A stretch of DNA of 52,187 nt, from positions 44,475-96,661 of the forward strand of contig NW_027192201.1 of the NCBI RefSeq assembly GCF_041956535.1, given 5' to 3'. Under the pieces are notes generated by a model, which saw only the letters and a program-made list of their open reading frames with translations, had not been told where the DNA came from and did no database searches. Below, piece by piece: positions 12,973 through 25,831 of this stretch; position 1 is the stretch's first letter, and the number at the start of each line of letters is the position of its first letter. Both the position numbers and the translations under genes were made by a program. Origin of the DNA: Calcarisporiella thermophila CBS 279.70. Its lineage: Eukaryota > Fungi > Calcarisporiellomycota.

Positions 12973-13252
12973 GGAACTACCAAGCACCCACAAATAAAGA
13001 AACATACACTGATATATTTATCATAAATTCTTTCGTTATCGATGGAGTACACACCTCCACGAATAATACATGGCAATTAAAAATCGGCAATTAAAAACAT
13101 ACAATATCAAGACAAAGTTATAGATAACTAATTCCCTATGTATAAGAGTGGGGAGAAATATTTTAGCTATACGAATAATATCTGTCAGAGTGATCCTATC
13201 TGCTCATCGGCTCGCTTACAACATGGCCTTCTTACCGTCCGAGAGCAATACT

Positions 13253-14875
13253 TCAATCCTCAAAAAACCCCCATTCACTCTGCTTCACAACATCACAGGT
13301 CATCTCCGCTGCTCGCAAAAACAACTTATCCTCGTCGCCGAAGTCTTCCGCATCCTTTTTCAGGGCACGAATTACCTTGGGGAAGTGCTCGTCAGGATGG
13401 TTGATTGCGAGCTCTATAGCTCGGTTCCATCCCCAGCTCTCCTCGTCCTCACCTTGGGGGAGGGTAGGTGAAATGTATTCCAGCACTTTCTGTGCGTTAA
13501 TGGCGGGGCGCTTCCGCGTGATGTAGACGGCAACTAAAGCGACAAAGTGTACACGAAGCAGCTTGACACGGTCCTATAATAAAAAATGATAATCCCTGCC
13601 ATTGTCAGTATTGCTTTTTGTTGTGTCCAATAATAGAGGCCACCGACCTTAATCGACAAAAAGGGTATAAGTACCCTCACTGCGTGCGATGATGTCAACA
13701 CGTGCATCAGGAAGAAATCCAGACGAGGACTATCCGTCCAAGAAGAGGCATAGACCAACGCGGATGCACGAAGCAGTTCTCGCAACTTTTGATTCACTAC
13801 GTTGACTGGATCAGCAGGGAACTCCCACTGTTGAAGATATTCCTGCAAGACAGGCCCTCCCAGGTCGAGGACGCGCTGGATGTGGGACGACAAGCGCATG
13901 GAATTCCAATTGTGCGTGTATATCTTGTCGATGCGAGGGTCCTTGTGAATGGCGTCGAGGATCTCGAGGATGGATTTGCCGCCAGAATGGGTACTGCCAG
14001 AAGACGTGCTCCCAGTCTGATCCTCGTGCTCAGGGAAGGTCTGGACTACCACCGTAGCGTATGGAAAATGCGTAAACGCTGCAAATGCAAGTGCTAGAGC
14101 AATACAATGAACCAATGAATAGTTTGCTAAGGACTCGAAATAGATTCCTCGTTTTACCTTCGGCAACAACTAGCTTATTGTTGAATTCCATTCCAAATCC
14201 CAGGTGAATCAAGGGATGGATAGCCTGCCCGATTGAATATGGGAAGAAGCCCGGTCCATACTTGTCAAATACCGCTTTGATGCCCTCTTTTTCGATCAGG
14301 CGGTCAAAGAAATCGAGATAGTCGCGATAGTGTCTATTCAATTGGGGGTTAATTAGACATCGATACTATGGAACAGAGCTTAAGTGGGGACTTACTCGCG
14401 CTTTCCCAAGTATTTATCAAAGTTGTCTTCATTGATCTCAATCTTAGGTTGCGGGAGGGGATCGAGGAAGGACTGGAAATGTTTATAGATTTCCTCGAGA
14501 CGTTTAGGAGTGGCTATAGAGTGATATGTTTATTCGATACTTGTCTCAAAGTAAAGCATAGAATACCCACCCCCAAGGGCGTAGGTTGTCAAGAGCGTGT
14601 GAACCGCGTGATTGGAGAAGCGCCTAAAGTTTGGATGCGTTCAAGCTACCAATGTGTCTTTCATTAGGATTATATTTTCTCAAGACGACGACATACCTAT
14701 CCCCATTGTACTCGATATGATGCTCATGGTGATTCTGCTCCAACAAGCGCTGGACTGTCGCGCGCGATTGCTCCAGATGGAGGGGCTTCGTCTGGATGTG
14801 AGACTTGGTGGCCGGAATGCCAATGGCCTCAACATCGGTTGGAGGTTCGTGAAGGTAGCGCTGGGCGTCAATCAT
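13253..14875 (-). CDS. Questin oxidase / HypA-AflY family oxidoreductase (DUF4243), multi-exon
   Basis: LLEQNHHEHHI, FSNHAVH, YRDYLDFF, AIHPLIHLGFGMEF...VAEG, LDFFLMHVLTS, DEHFPKVIRAL motifs across spliced ORFs; TATAAATA about 70 bp upstream. Confidence 0.85.
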
Positions 14876-15010
14876 GCTGGTACTGAAGGGTTGATTTATG
14901 AATAGAACGCGATTTCTCTGCTTGATACCCTGACCACAGAGAGTGTATTTATATGCCTTGCCAAAGGTATGATGACTAAGTCTTCCCCACAAGAGTTTCT
15001 TATGCGGGGA

Positions 15011-15332
15011 CATTTGGTGTTTTCCCGTATTTCCGAAGCCTTAAATTTTTTTCTGCATCACCCTTTTTGGTACCATTTGGATGGCGCGGGATCAATGCTA
15101 TAAAGTTGCCACTTTCCTTTTTCCTCTCTCGTTATAGATCATGGGAAAAATGTTCACACTTCGGAAAATGACTATGCCTTCTTAAACTCACCCAAGAGAA
15201 GCTAAACTGTTTAGTGCAGCGAAGGGGCCAGGGAGGGCATCGGCAAGAAGCTTGCCGACACTCTGATACTTTTGACGAGCCTCCTCGATTTTTCATATCT
15301 CCCTACTTTGACCCCATTTGGTGTTTTCCCGT
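15011..15332. repeat. 18-bp exact direct repeat CATTTGGTGTTTTCCCGT (15011-15028 and 15315-15332)
   Basis: Read directly; the copies start 304 bp apart. Confidence 0.9.
15240..15258. promoter_or_regulatory. Palindromic CGG-N11-CCG site (Zn2Cys6/Gal4-type spacing)
   Basis: TCGGCAAG-AAG-CTTGCCGA perfect 8-bp inverted repeat, about 365 bp upstream of the oxidoreductase ATG. Confidence 0.4.
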
Positions 15333-16330
15333 GTAGCAAGTAGTTTGATAGACGTCTTCATCCTATACCCTATAGGCTACAGTGAAAAGTTTCCCACTCC
15401 GATTAACTCAAACAAAATCGACTCTGCGATGCTCAACACGAGTCTAATTGACTATATTTACTAAACTAATAAAAAGGAGGAGAAATGGATAAAGTGAAGG
15501 CCAAACAATGTATATATACATGTTGAATTTGGGAAAATAACCCGCTTTTGTTAGTATACAACGATTACATGAGTCGTAAGTAGCTTGTCGCGATAATACG
15601 AGTTTGCCTCCTGAGAACAAGAGATGACTGATGTGTAAACAGTAGCCATAGAGGACTAAAACTTATCAATTCACTGCATCGGACTAGATGTAGTATCCAG
15701 TTAAAGCGAGCATGCAGTACAGCGGAGTAAAAAAAGTAGCACAGTTTTCATTTGGCATATGCTTTTGCACCTATGCAGTTGTTATGAAGATTCCTTTAAA
15801 TTTGAGCACTATTCTTCGCTTAAAATGGTTTACCAAAATATAAAATCAAGGCCGCCAGAGACATGGTATAGAATAGATGGACATATTATACGCATTAACA
15901 CGGCCCCATCAACCCCTACTCTATGAGTCTCAATGCTGGGTTGATAATCCGCCATAATGCAGCACACTCCCGCAAAGTCTTGTGGCCGCGTTTGTATCCT
16001 TGTCTCCTCGAAGATTGTTCACGACAACGGTATTGGTATTCTGACTAAATGACAATAGGGCAGTACTTTTTCCCTTTATTCGAAAAGCAAGAGCGCCCAA
16101 TAGAGGATTTTCTGAATCTGACCCGTCATCTTCCGCTACACCACTGATTTTCTGTAACTATGGATGAAGCACGATTTGGGCTCCGAAGGAGCAGATACCA
16201 TCCAGGGAGAGAACCTTGGGTTACCATTGTAAAATAAAGTAAAATAAAGTCTATTAAAAAGAATCGCTACAGTGCATATATTCACAAAACAGTTTTGTTG
16301 TGCAAAAAATCTTTCAAATATTATTGGGGA

Positions 16331-18665
16331 TCAAATCAAGCTACCATCTGACAGTTTGGCATTCCTAATGAAATCGAGCCCATCGATATCGGCAACAGAT
16401 GCTACTTCAAAACATAATTCACTTGTATCGTGTCCGTCAGGGTATATAGAGTTATAGTACACTCCATTACGTATACGTTGTTTCTTCTTGAGGATTTCTA
16501 CATATGAGGCAGGCCTAAGTATGAACACTACTCGGAGTTGGTTATAATTGCCATTGATGTAGTAATTGCAGAACTTTCGTGCTTCATCCATTTTCCAGTT
16601 TTTGAATTCCCCTGCGATGCCTTCGGGGGCCGTCATTTTGACTTGCACAAGCACAAGCTCGTCAGTTTGAGCGATGGGGCCGCGGCGGAGAATCGCATAG
16701 TCAATTGCCTTATAATTCTTCGTTGTAGGTATAAGGAGGTAGTTTTTAGACCTCTTCTCAGGGGTGTCAAACTTGTCGTTAATAAATCTAGAATTGCGTG
16801 CGTCTGGGTTTGTAGAAGTATCAAGAGTGTCCACATTGCCTTCTTTCAAAGTGTAAAGCTCTTCCCGAACTAGATTATTAAAATTGATATGACCTACAGT
16901 ATGAATTAGGTTGGAGCTGTTGTCTTGCTTCAACTTAATAGTGTCAATTTTAGCACACCCTAATGTTTTGGCTTTTTGTAAAACGAGCCATTCGACTCCC
17001 TGGCCAAATCCAGAGCCCAACATAACACCAGCTAGCATGAGGGTTTTGAGTGAGTTGAGGAGGGCGTTGAGGTTGCGATCGTAATAGGATCGAACTCCTT
17101 CCATAAAAATTGGATTGAAAAACTTGATTTTAGCGTAGCGAGAAGAAGGCGACAGCTCCTCGTACATGTACTTCCGGTCGAGCGTGTAAGTGCCGGCTTC
17201 AATACCAATATCCATTATCGCGGCAGTTGCAGCTGCCTTCACCCTTTCTGCGTCAACGTGCACAAATCTCCCATTTAAAAACCAGTAGTGGTTTTCAAAA
17301 ATATCTCCACGAGTTTTAGTAGCGAATGCTTCCGTACAATTCTTAACCCAGTCGAGGCGATAATTTTCTGACACTTCGCTTAATTCTCCTTCTTTTAACG
17401 ATAAGATAAGATGCTCGCACAGGCCAGAGAGCAAAAGTGGATAAAACAAGGTAACCTGCCGCATCGCATCAAACTCTTGTTCAGTTGGAAATGCTTTAAA
17501 CCTGTTTGGAGTGGTTTCTATTTGTCGTGCGATAGAAGCAAATCTGTTTTCGATGAACATTTTAGCCTCGAAATCATCAAAGGGATTCATAAAATGAAAT
17601 GACTTGAAACCACTTATCACGTCTGGGAGTTTACTCGTGTTGTTGCTAGATGAAGACAGAACCACAACGTGTCCATACTCTTTAAGTACCGTCTTATAGA
17701 CTACAAATGGATACTCGTCGTATTCTTCCTTCAACTTGTTGAGGTCATCGATAATCCAGATTGGGATAAGCTTCTTGGAGTCGCATATGGTATTGAGGTC
17801 GTCAAGAAAGAGTTCAGTCTCTTCTTCAAGATTGTAATCCCGATACATTCGTGTCATTCTGTAGAGTTTATCGACAAGCATATGCACTTCTGTGTCATCT
17901 GGAAAAGCCATCATAATGTCATGTAGTAGGAACCGAAGTCTTGCGCCGTAGCTCTTACGAGTTTTCCAAACCTCACAATTACTGATATAAATTACTCGGT
18001 AAGTAGGCTCGGTTAGTCGAAGATAGGCAGCAATCTGGAGCAATAAGTGGCTCTTGCCAACGCCCTGTGGACCTTGGACATAAATTCCCACATCGTCATT
18101 TGATTCAATATCAGAAGAAGTTGAAGCAGAGTCACTCTCTGCGGTGGTTGCCATATTGGACCTGGTTGGAAGTACTTGATCTACAAAGGCTTCTTCGTCT
18201 AAATGCATGCCAGAGTCGTCAAGTAAATCTTGCTCACTATTTGCAAGATGTTGTGCGCGTATGTTTATTTCATTAAGTATGGATTCGGCCGCCCTGTATC
18301 GATAAAGTATCTCATAGAATGTAAGACTAGAGCGAATTTTACCCCTTAAAAAATGCAAAACGATTTGAAAGGCGCTCATAGGCGCAGTTGGCAATAATGG
18401 CAAATTTGGATTCATGGAAATCGGCCTTTTGAATCCTGGAAATAGCAATCTTGCGCGAACGCGAAGAAAATATCAGTTGTTTGACTTCTAATCAAATAAA
18501 AACATCGAAGAAATATACAACAGAATTAGAACCGCCAATGTAATATCAATGGAAACGATGAGGAAATATGGAGAATAAAGAGAGGCTGGGCTCACCTTTA
18601 CAAAAACCGGTGCATTCACTTGAACTTATATCCGGAAATTCAAGGGTTCTTTTCGATGATGACAT
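16331..18665 (-). CDS. Crinkler-type effector-like protein: P-loop NTPase + C-terminal restriction-endonuclease-fold domain
   Basis: Walker A GPQGVGKS, Walker B WIIDD, C-terminal LIPTTKNYKAIDYAIL...LVLVQVK (D...QxK); a 70-nt first exon 18665-18596 splices in frame (phase 1) to 18435. Confidence 0.8.
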
Positions 18666-21046
18666 GCGCAAGCCAAATAAGGATCAGATTACCACGACTT
18701 AGGAAAGTGAAGAAAAATAGTCGATCAAACTTTGTTGTAAGTGATGAAGAAAAAAAAATAATGAAAAGTTAGGCGAAAGGACGATGGCAGAGTGAAAAGA
18801 GAAACGAGCGGTGAGAAAAAGAAAAGGTCTAAGAGTTTTGAATTGAGATTCCAATCTTGATCAGACATACTGGATTCAGAAATTGAAAAATTAAAGTTTC
18901 ATAAATTTTCGCTACTATTAATATTTCCTTCAAAAATTCAATAAGAGTAATAATTCTCGAAGACTTTTACATATCTCAACTTTTCATCATATTTTTATAT
19001 CTATTATATTCCAATTAATATACCTTATATATCTTACTTTTATATCCATTATGACATCTCTTTCCACTTCCATTCTCTGGTTTGTTTCCCAGTTTGATGC
19101 TGGTTTTATCTCTATATAATGCTTCGCGGAAGAATAGCAAGAAGGCTTTGAAGGTAACTTCATCTTCTCTTGCTTAACAAAGAGCAATTGGGCAGCATTG
19201 CTTACTTCTTTTTCTATTCTCGAGATGGAATGCTTTTATTTTCTCAATTTTTGGAACACACTGAAAACCCTTACTATCATAATCTAAGGCAGCTTGCTAT
19301 CCTTCAAAGGAGCAATAAAAGTGAAATAAGGAAAAAAAAAACTTACTGTTCTCTGTAGTTTCTGAGTAGTTTCCACGGGAATTTCTAAGACGACTGGGCT
19401 TGAGATTTAACAATAACAAATCGCGTACTGCTCGGTGGGAGGCGCCAAAATCTGTATCGCATTCCTGACAAGGTATTATCGAGTTGACAAATAAAACTAT
19501 TATCTTTACTAATTTATGGGTTCCTATGTTATACAGGCGGTACACGAATGTATGTGGGCCAGTCGAATAATCAAGAGAGTGCAACTCTCACTCCAAAAAT
19601 AAATCGAGCAGTAAAGTGTAAACCAGATAACTAGTCCTTCTGAAAATTCTTAAAAGTACATTAGTCTTATTCTGAAATCTGCTTGATTTAAAGCCAAATT
19701 GAGACAAAGCAAAATCTTTTCCCCTTTGATGTTTTCCTCCTACCTTCAAACGCTGTTGCAGACCTCTCTATACTATTTAATAAAGTGTTAAGAGGGTTTA
19801 AGAGTGGATAAAAATGCCGCCAGCACAACTAACTATATTATAGGGTTTCAAGTATGGCTTAAGGAGCGTATTATTGTAAGTATAATGGTAAGTATTAGGT
19901 TATATATTAAGATAATTATATTAAATATCGAGGTAAATATTAGAGTAAGTACTGGAATATTATTGGGAAAGTTTTAGGCTAGAAAATAGAGTAAAAGTAG
20001 TGGAAAGGAAATTATTAGCTCTCAAAGATTTTACTATAATATTGGAGATTTATATCTATATTGTTGCAGTCGCATCGAGATATCTGCAGTGTTACATATG
20101 TTACTTTCAGATCTTCTTAATCTCTGTGTCTACGTAGTTACGTCATCATTTATTGGATATATATACGTACATATGAGATTGTAATAAATCAATAAGGAGT
20201 TAAATCTTTCTCCAACTAAAAACCCCCGTCACATGCAGGACAACTAAACTAAGCCACGTATTCCCTCATGCCCTGCTATTCGGAGCATTATCGAAGCATT
20301 ATCAAGTAATCGTTGTAGTGTAATTCTTTTAGTATATATTGAACAGAACTCTCACTATAGTAAAGGGGAGACATCCTAAGTTCCAGATAGTATTCTTGTT
20401 TAATAAACCAGTAATTATCCTAACTATCCTCGCATGTATTACGCAGATTCTAACAATATAGTTTGGCCCGAACAAATTTACTTAATTGATATTTCTAAAT
20501 CTTTGATTCTGTCTGATTTTTTGTGGAAACTCCTGGAAGTAAAATATTTAGCGGGTTATAATATCATAAGCTAATTATTTTATATTCAGATTAAGTTTGT
20601 ATTATATTAAAGGATGTACAAGAATGGAAACTCTGCCGAAAACTAGATACGATCAAACAATTCTAGTGCAATGGATGCTTTATTATGCTCCCTCTATTTG
20701 ACTCTTTGCGTTTATCAAGAAAGAATCAAGACTTTAATGAAACGGCCGCTGAGTTGGAGTAATATCAGAGCTTGCTCGATTGCCCGCCAGTTTCTGCCAA
20801 GAAGCTTTTATATGAAATTCTAAGCTATCTCGAGTGGAACGGGCTGAGACTAAAAAAAAGAAACGTTGAATTTTCCATTTTTATGGTCATAGGGAGCCGA
20901 AGAGAAGATGCCAAAAGCATCGAGTTTACTTATTGGCGCCTGATTTTCCTCCCTCGGAGCCTCCCTCCCCCCGTCTCCTTGCTTTCGATTACCTAACCGT
21001 TTCCAGACAGGAGAGTCCTCGATCTCTCTTGTTTCTCTGAAAGCCT

Positions 21047-24018
21047 ATGGCCTTCAACAAAAGATCCCTTTTTCTCTTGTTGGGGGTGCTAGTCTTTGCT
21101 CAGTGCATCACTCTAAGTTCCCGTTCGGCCTTCTTTGTGAAGCGAAGTGTGTACGATGCATTAAAGGAGAATGTAGGTGGATCGCCTGTGGCTTTTGGTT
21201 TTCTCTTGATACTAACCATCCAAGACACTAGTGCCGGGCGTTGCACCAATCCCCAGACACCTGCGCATATGTTCGAGATAATTGTCGAGGCTTTACGGAC
21301 GGCTTGATCAATTACCTGGAACTCTACTACTGCCGATTCAATAACCTCGAACCGCTGGGTTATCTGCTACTGGTAATTGGCTTGATTGATTTAATTGTTG
21401 ACAAAATTCTTATGCTCGTGAGTTAACTTTCTCTCTCGTGCCTAGCTTTTCTGGCTTTTTTTCCTATTTGGCTTTGTTGGCATCGCCGCCTCAGACTTTT
21501 TCTGTAAAATCAGATCCTGCTTAGCATAACGGCTCCTTTTGCTTTTTGTTTATATCTTTCAATGTTCTATGTCTAGGTCCGAACCTTGCTACGATATCCT
21601 CCAACCTCAACCTTTCCGAAAGTGTTGCCGGTGTCACTCTCCTTGCCATTGGAAATGGCTCTCCTGATCTCTTCAGCACCTTCAGCGCCATGAAATCCAA
21701 TAGCGGCTCGCTTGCAATTGGCGAGTTGGTTGGAGCAGCCGCGTTTATCGCCAGTGTGGTTACCAGTAGCATGGCGCTGGTCACCTCCTTTACCGTTAAC
21801 AAAGCGTCATTTATTCGCGATCTGCTATTTTTCTCCGGCGCCCTTTTGATCATTGTGTTGATTGTTTATGATCAAAAGCTCTATTTCCACGAGTGTGCGT
21901 TCCTGGTGGGCTATTATATAACCTATGTCATCACGGTAGTGTTTGGCGGATATATTTGGGACCGTGTGGTCCGTTTCCGTGATCGCTTGGCGCTCATCTT
22001 GAATCTTCGATCGGCGGAAGAACCCCAGCCAGAGACGGAACCCTTGGGTGAAAACGAAGGTAAGAATTAAAGCGAAAAAAAGCGACAAACCTACCGCTCT
22101 CGCGCGATTGAACCAGGCTTGATTCTCTTTTTCTCTGCCCCTCTTTATCCAGAGCCAAGACCAGTGCCGCCAATACTTCGCATCCAAACCTCGGACTTGT
22201 TCGATAGCAATGGCAATCCAACCTTTGCAAACAATGATGCAGCCTGCCGCCCTAGTGCCGATTCGCGCCACTCGCAAGGGACCACGTTCTCATTCCGTAA
22301 CCTGCCCTATACTGCCTCGGCCGCACAAAACTCGATGGATGACTTAATCCCCAGTCCTTTGCGGCGCCAAAACACAACTTCGAGTGACCAAGGGAGCGTG
22401 CATTATCCCATCACACCTCGCCCGGGCATTCGGCCGTCTTTCTTCTGTGCCATCGAGTTTCGTGATATGGTCAATAATCTACACAAACAGCAGCCCTTGA
22501 GACCTACAGACCTTGAACGAAGCCAATCCTCTATCGAAACCGGCTCTCATCATTCTCGAAGCCCAAGAAGCCCGCTTTCCCACCTCACGGCGGGGCTACC
22601 TGGAAATCATTCCTCATCTTCGCGGCCCGGGGAGCTTGCCAGGTCCCAGTCATCCATCGACAGTAGCTCCGTTACCTCTCGAAGCCCCAGAAGCCCCCAC
22701 TCGCCGCGCTCTTACCTCGCTGTAACTACGTTTCAAAACTACCAACCCCCCTCCGACGGCATCCCCCATGAGCGCAGGCCTTCGAACGAGCATACGGCAC
22801 TGCTTGTCTCTACACAAGTGCAAGATGGTGCACGCGATTCTTCAAAGGAGCTCTCGCCCGCGGAAGCGTCCATCGGTGATCTGACCCATCAGGTCTACGA
22901 CGAACGGGATTCCCAAGGAGAAAAGAAGGGATGGAACAGGTGGCGGGCCTTCCTCATGGAGCTTTATCTAGAGCTTTTTCCGTCGCTCTTCGGGTGGCGG
23001 CAAAAATCCCTGTTTGCCAAGCTGATCTCCATCATCGCTTGTCCAATATACCTCGCATTAACCCTTACCCTACCTGTAGTAGAAGTTCCAACGATACCCG
23101 ACGAGCCAACAGAGTGGCTGGATCCACCAGCGGATAGGAATAATACTCTTCCAGACGTCCCCGGTCACCCACCGATGGCTGCAGAGCCGCCCCAAGGTCC
23201 GGCCGAGCCTGCCGAGGAGAAGGGGACCGTTCGATGGTGCCGGTGGCTGTATTCATTGCAACTTTTATGCTCTCCCGTGTTTGTTGCGAGTGTGCTTTCC
23301 GCAGTGGGAGGATTCAACCCCAAGATCATTCCCATTTCGGCCGGGGTCGGCATTGCCCTCTCCGCATTGCTGATGGCCACTACCAGCTCGAGTAAGCCGC
23401 CGTCGCATCTCCATCTGATTTGCTATCTCGGCTTTGTCACCGGCATATGCTGGATCTACATCATGTAAGTCGCACGTCAACACCCCTCTACTTTGAAGTA
23501 GATGATTAACGAATGCTCCCCCCTCCCCCCCCCTCTCCACTTTTCGCCTCTCTTCACTTGATTTTTCTCTCAGTGCGAACGAAGTGGTAGCGGTGCTGCA
23601 GTCCACTGGTATCATCCTTGGCCTGAGCGAAGCCATCCTTGGCCTCACGATCTTCGCGATGGGGAACAGTCTTGGCGACTTTGTTGCCAACACCACGCTG
23701 GCTCGTATGGGCTTCCCGACGATGGCCTTCACCGCATGCTATGGCAGCCCCCTTTTGAATACCCTTCTTGGGATCGGCCTCGGCGGCTCCTATATGACCT
23801 GGCCGGGAGGAGGGATGGAGTATTACAGTTTGCTGCTCTCCCGATCCATCCTCGTCACCGCCCTCGGGCTGATGCTCGTCCTGATTTTAACCCTCATCAT
23901 CGTTCCATTGAATGGATACAATGTCACAAAGCTTTGGGCCGTCCTTTCGCTCTCCATCTATTTCACGTGCATGGCGATCAATGTGGTGCTGGAGATCTTG
24001 GGTCAGAACGCAAAATAG
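21047..24018 (+). CDS. Cation/Ca2+ exchanger, CCX/NCLX family (Ecm27-like)
   Basis: alpha-1 repeat AGVTLLAIGNGSPDLFS, alpha-2 repeat LGLTIFAMGNSLGD, CYGSPLLN, large cytosolic loop; several GT-AG introns. Confidence 0.93.
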
Positions 24019-24559
24019 TCGGCGGTTTTGGGGAGGGGGAGGGGTGTGGGGGCAGACGGATGCAACTCTTGTGTATGAGATGGGCCCACCTTCCTGAAAA
24101 AGTTTCTATTCCCTCCCCTCTCACCTTTTCTTTTCTCCTCTCCTTTCCCGAACATTTCCTCCTTAGTTTGTATTCAATATTGTTTTAGTCCCCTAATCTT
24201 GCGAACTTTTCATTCTGCGATATCGTTCTCTTATGTTTCCAACTCAAACCCTATGTCTCCGTAATGCTTGCTTATATATATTTATCCTTCTTGCCATCTG
24301 GACTTTAATTATCCCTTGTCTATTTCTTAGTGCGTTGGTGCAACTTATTTAACAGTGATGTTTATTCCAGTGATGTAAAGATGGTCACTACAAAGAAAAA
24401 AGACATCCAAACGCAATCGAATTTATACAAAAATATTTTGGCCATGTAGAAAGAGGGAAGGGGAGGAAAAGAGGGAGTAGGAGTGGAGGATGCAAGGGTG
24501 AGGAGGAGAAGAGGCGAGAGAGGGAGAAAAAAAAAGAGGAGATATTCACACTAAGACAT

Positions 24560-25319
24560 TTATACTAAGAGCATAGCCAAGATCACCATGAAGACGCCAA
24601 CCACCACCCCGCTCATTCCTCTCCCGGCAGCGGAGTTGGTCGACCTTGGATCTTCTCTCCCCTGCTTTTCCCAAGGCCCACTACTTGTCTGCTCCAGAAA
24701 GTATCTTGGGCTCGTCTCCACGCTCTCCACCCAGAGCCCTGTTACGGGGCCACTGGCGGCACCGCATCCCCACCATCTCTCGCATGCGGTGACGCACTGC
24801 CCACGCTCACCGCGAGAAAGGCAATTCCGCACACAGGCAAAGTGCTTTCCATTGCATTCCTCGATAGCAACGGGCCATAGTTGTGGCGGCGGTAGGGAGA
24901 CGGATGAGGCGCACTGGCATGTAAATGCCATCGAGGTGGCGTTACTGCAATCATGATTCAAAACGAAACGCGGTAAGCCTGAGACTCAAGCCATCGAGCA
25001 CAAGGAGGCACTTACCAGAAGTTTGCGACAGGATCAGGGCAGCTTTGTGCACAATAGCTCACCTGTCGTTTACAAAGGTTGGCTCTGACAGACTCATCCA
25101 TTTCAAGGATGGACCACGAGTCCTGTGGCAACTTGTCTAACAGTAGACCCGAGCAAGCGATCAGCAACTCAGAAGACAGGGATTCCAGAGATCAATCTTA
25201 CTATAAGCATGCTCTGAGGGGGGATTAGAGCGGCGATCGGTGAAATAGGGTATCTGCAAGTGGAGCGCCTGCGCCGTCGCGAAAAGGATGAAGATTAGGC
25301 AGAAAAGATGCATCGGCAT
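24560..25319 (-). CDS. Cys-rich secreted, probably GPI-anchored protein (3 exons)
   Basis: Exon 1 MPMHLFCLIFILFATAQA; exon 2 RANLCKRQVSYCAQSCPDPVANFC; exon 3 CQC...CNGKHFACVRNC...CVTACERWWGCG; hydrophobic tail after NSAAGR. Confidence 0.75.
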
Positions 25320-25478
25320 TCTAATTATAGCCCAAAGGGACGTGTGGGGATATCAGAAAGAGGGGGATGTAGGGATATCAGAAGCAAACTAGGTGGAAAG
25401 GCTCAAACTAGAGACAAGGTGTTAAGAGGGGCGTCGGATAATGAGAGTCAGAGTCAGCGGATGAGAATCAAGATCATT

Positions 25479-25505
25479 GGGAAGGGGAAGGGGAAGGGGA
25501 AGGGG
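25479..25505 (+). repeat. (GGGAAG)4 GGG purine tract
   Basis: Read directly; about 160 bp upstream of the minus-strand gene starting at 25319. Confidence 0.85.
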
Positions 25506-25831
25506 TGAGGAGGGAAACCCCAGAGCTCTGCGCATAAAATCTATTGCCGAACATCCCTCCCAAAATGGTTAGATTTGTGGCTTCCTCCATTCAAGCTCCG
25601 AAAATAAATGATTTATTAAAAAGCAGGTGGAGAGAGTGTAAAACAGCGGGAGAATAAATAGAAAATAAAAAGAACATGGAACCGAGGCTGAAATAATCTT
25701 ACAGTAAAAAGAAGAGGAGGAGGAAAAGGGGGAAGAGATGAGAATATAAAATAGCACAACTGAACACTGAAAAACGAAGTGGAATGTTCAAATACAGTAG
25801 AAAAAGGGGAAATAAACTAAAGCATGATTAA

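Noticed and set aside
15930-16230. Possible pseudogene fragment on the minus strand downstream of the Crinkler-like gene
   Set aside because: Roughly 75 stop-free codons with no start and no recognisable motif; insufficient support.
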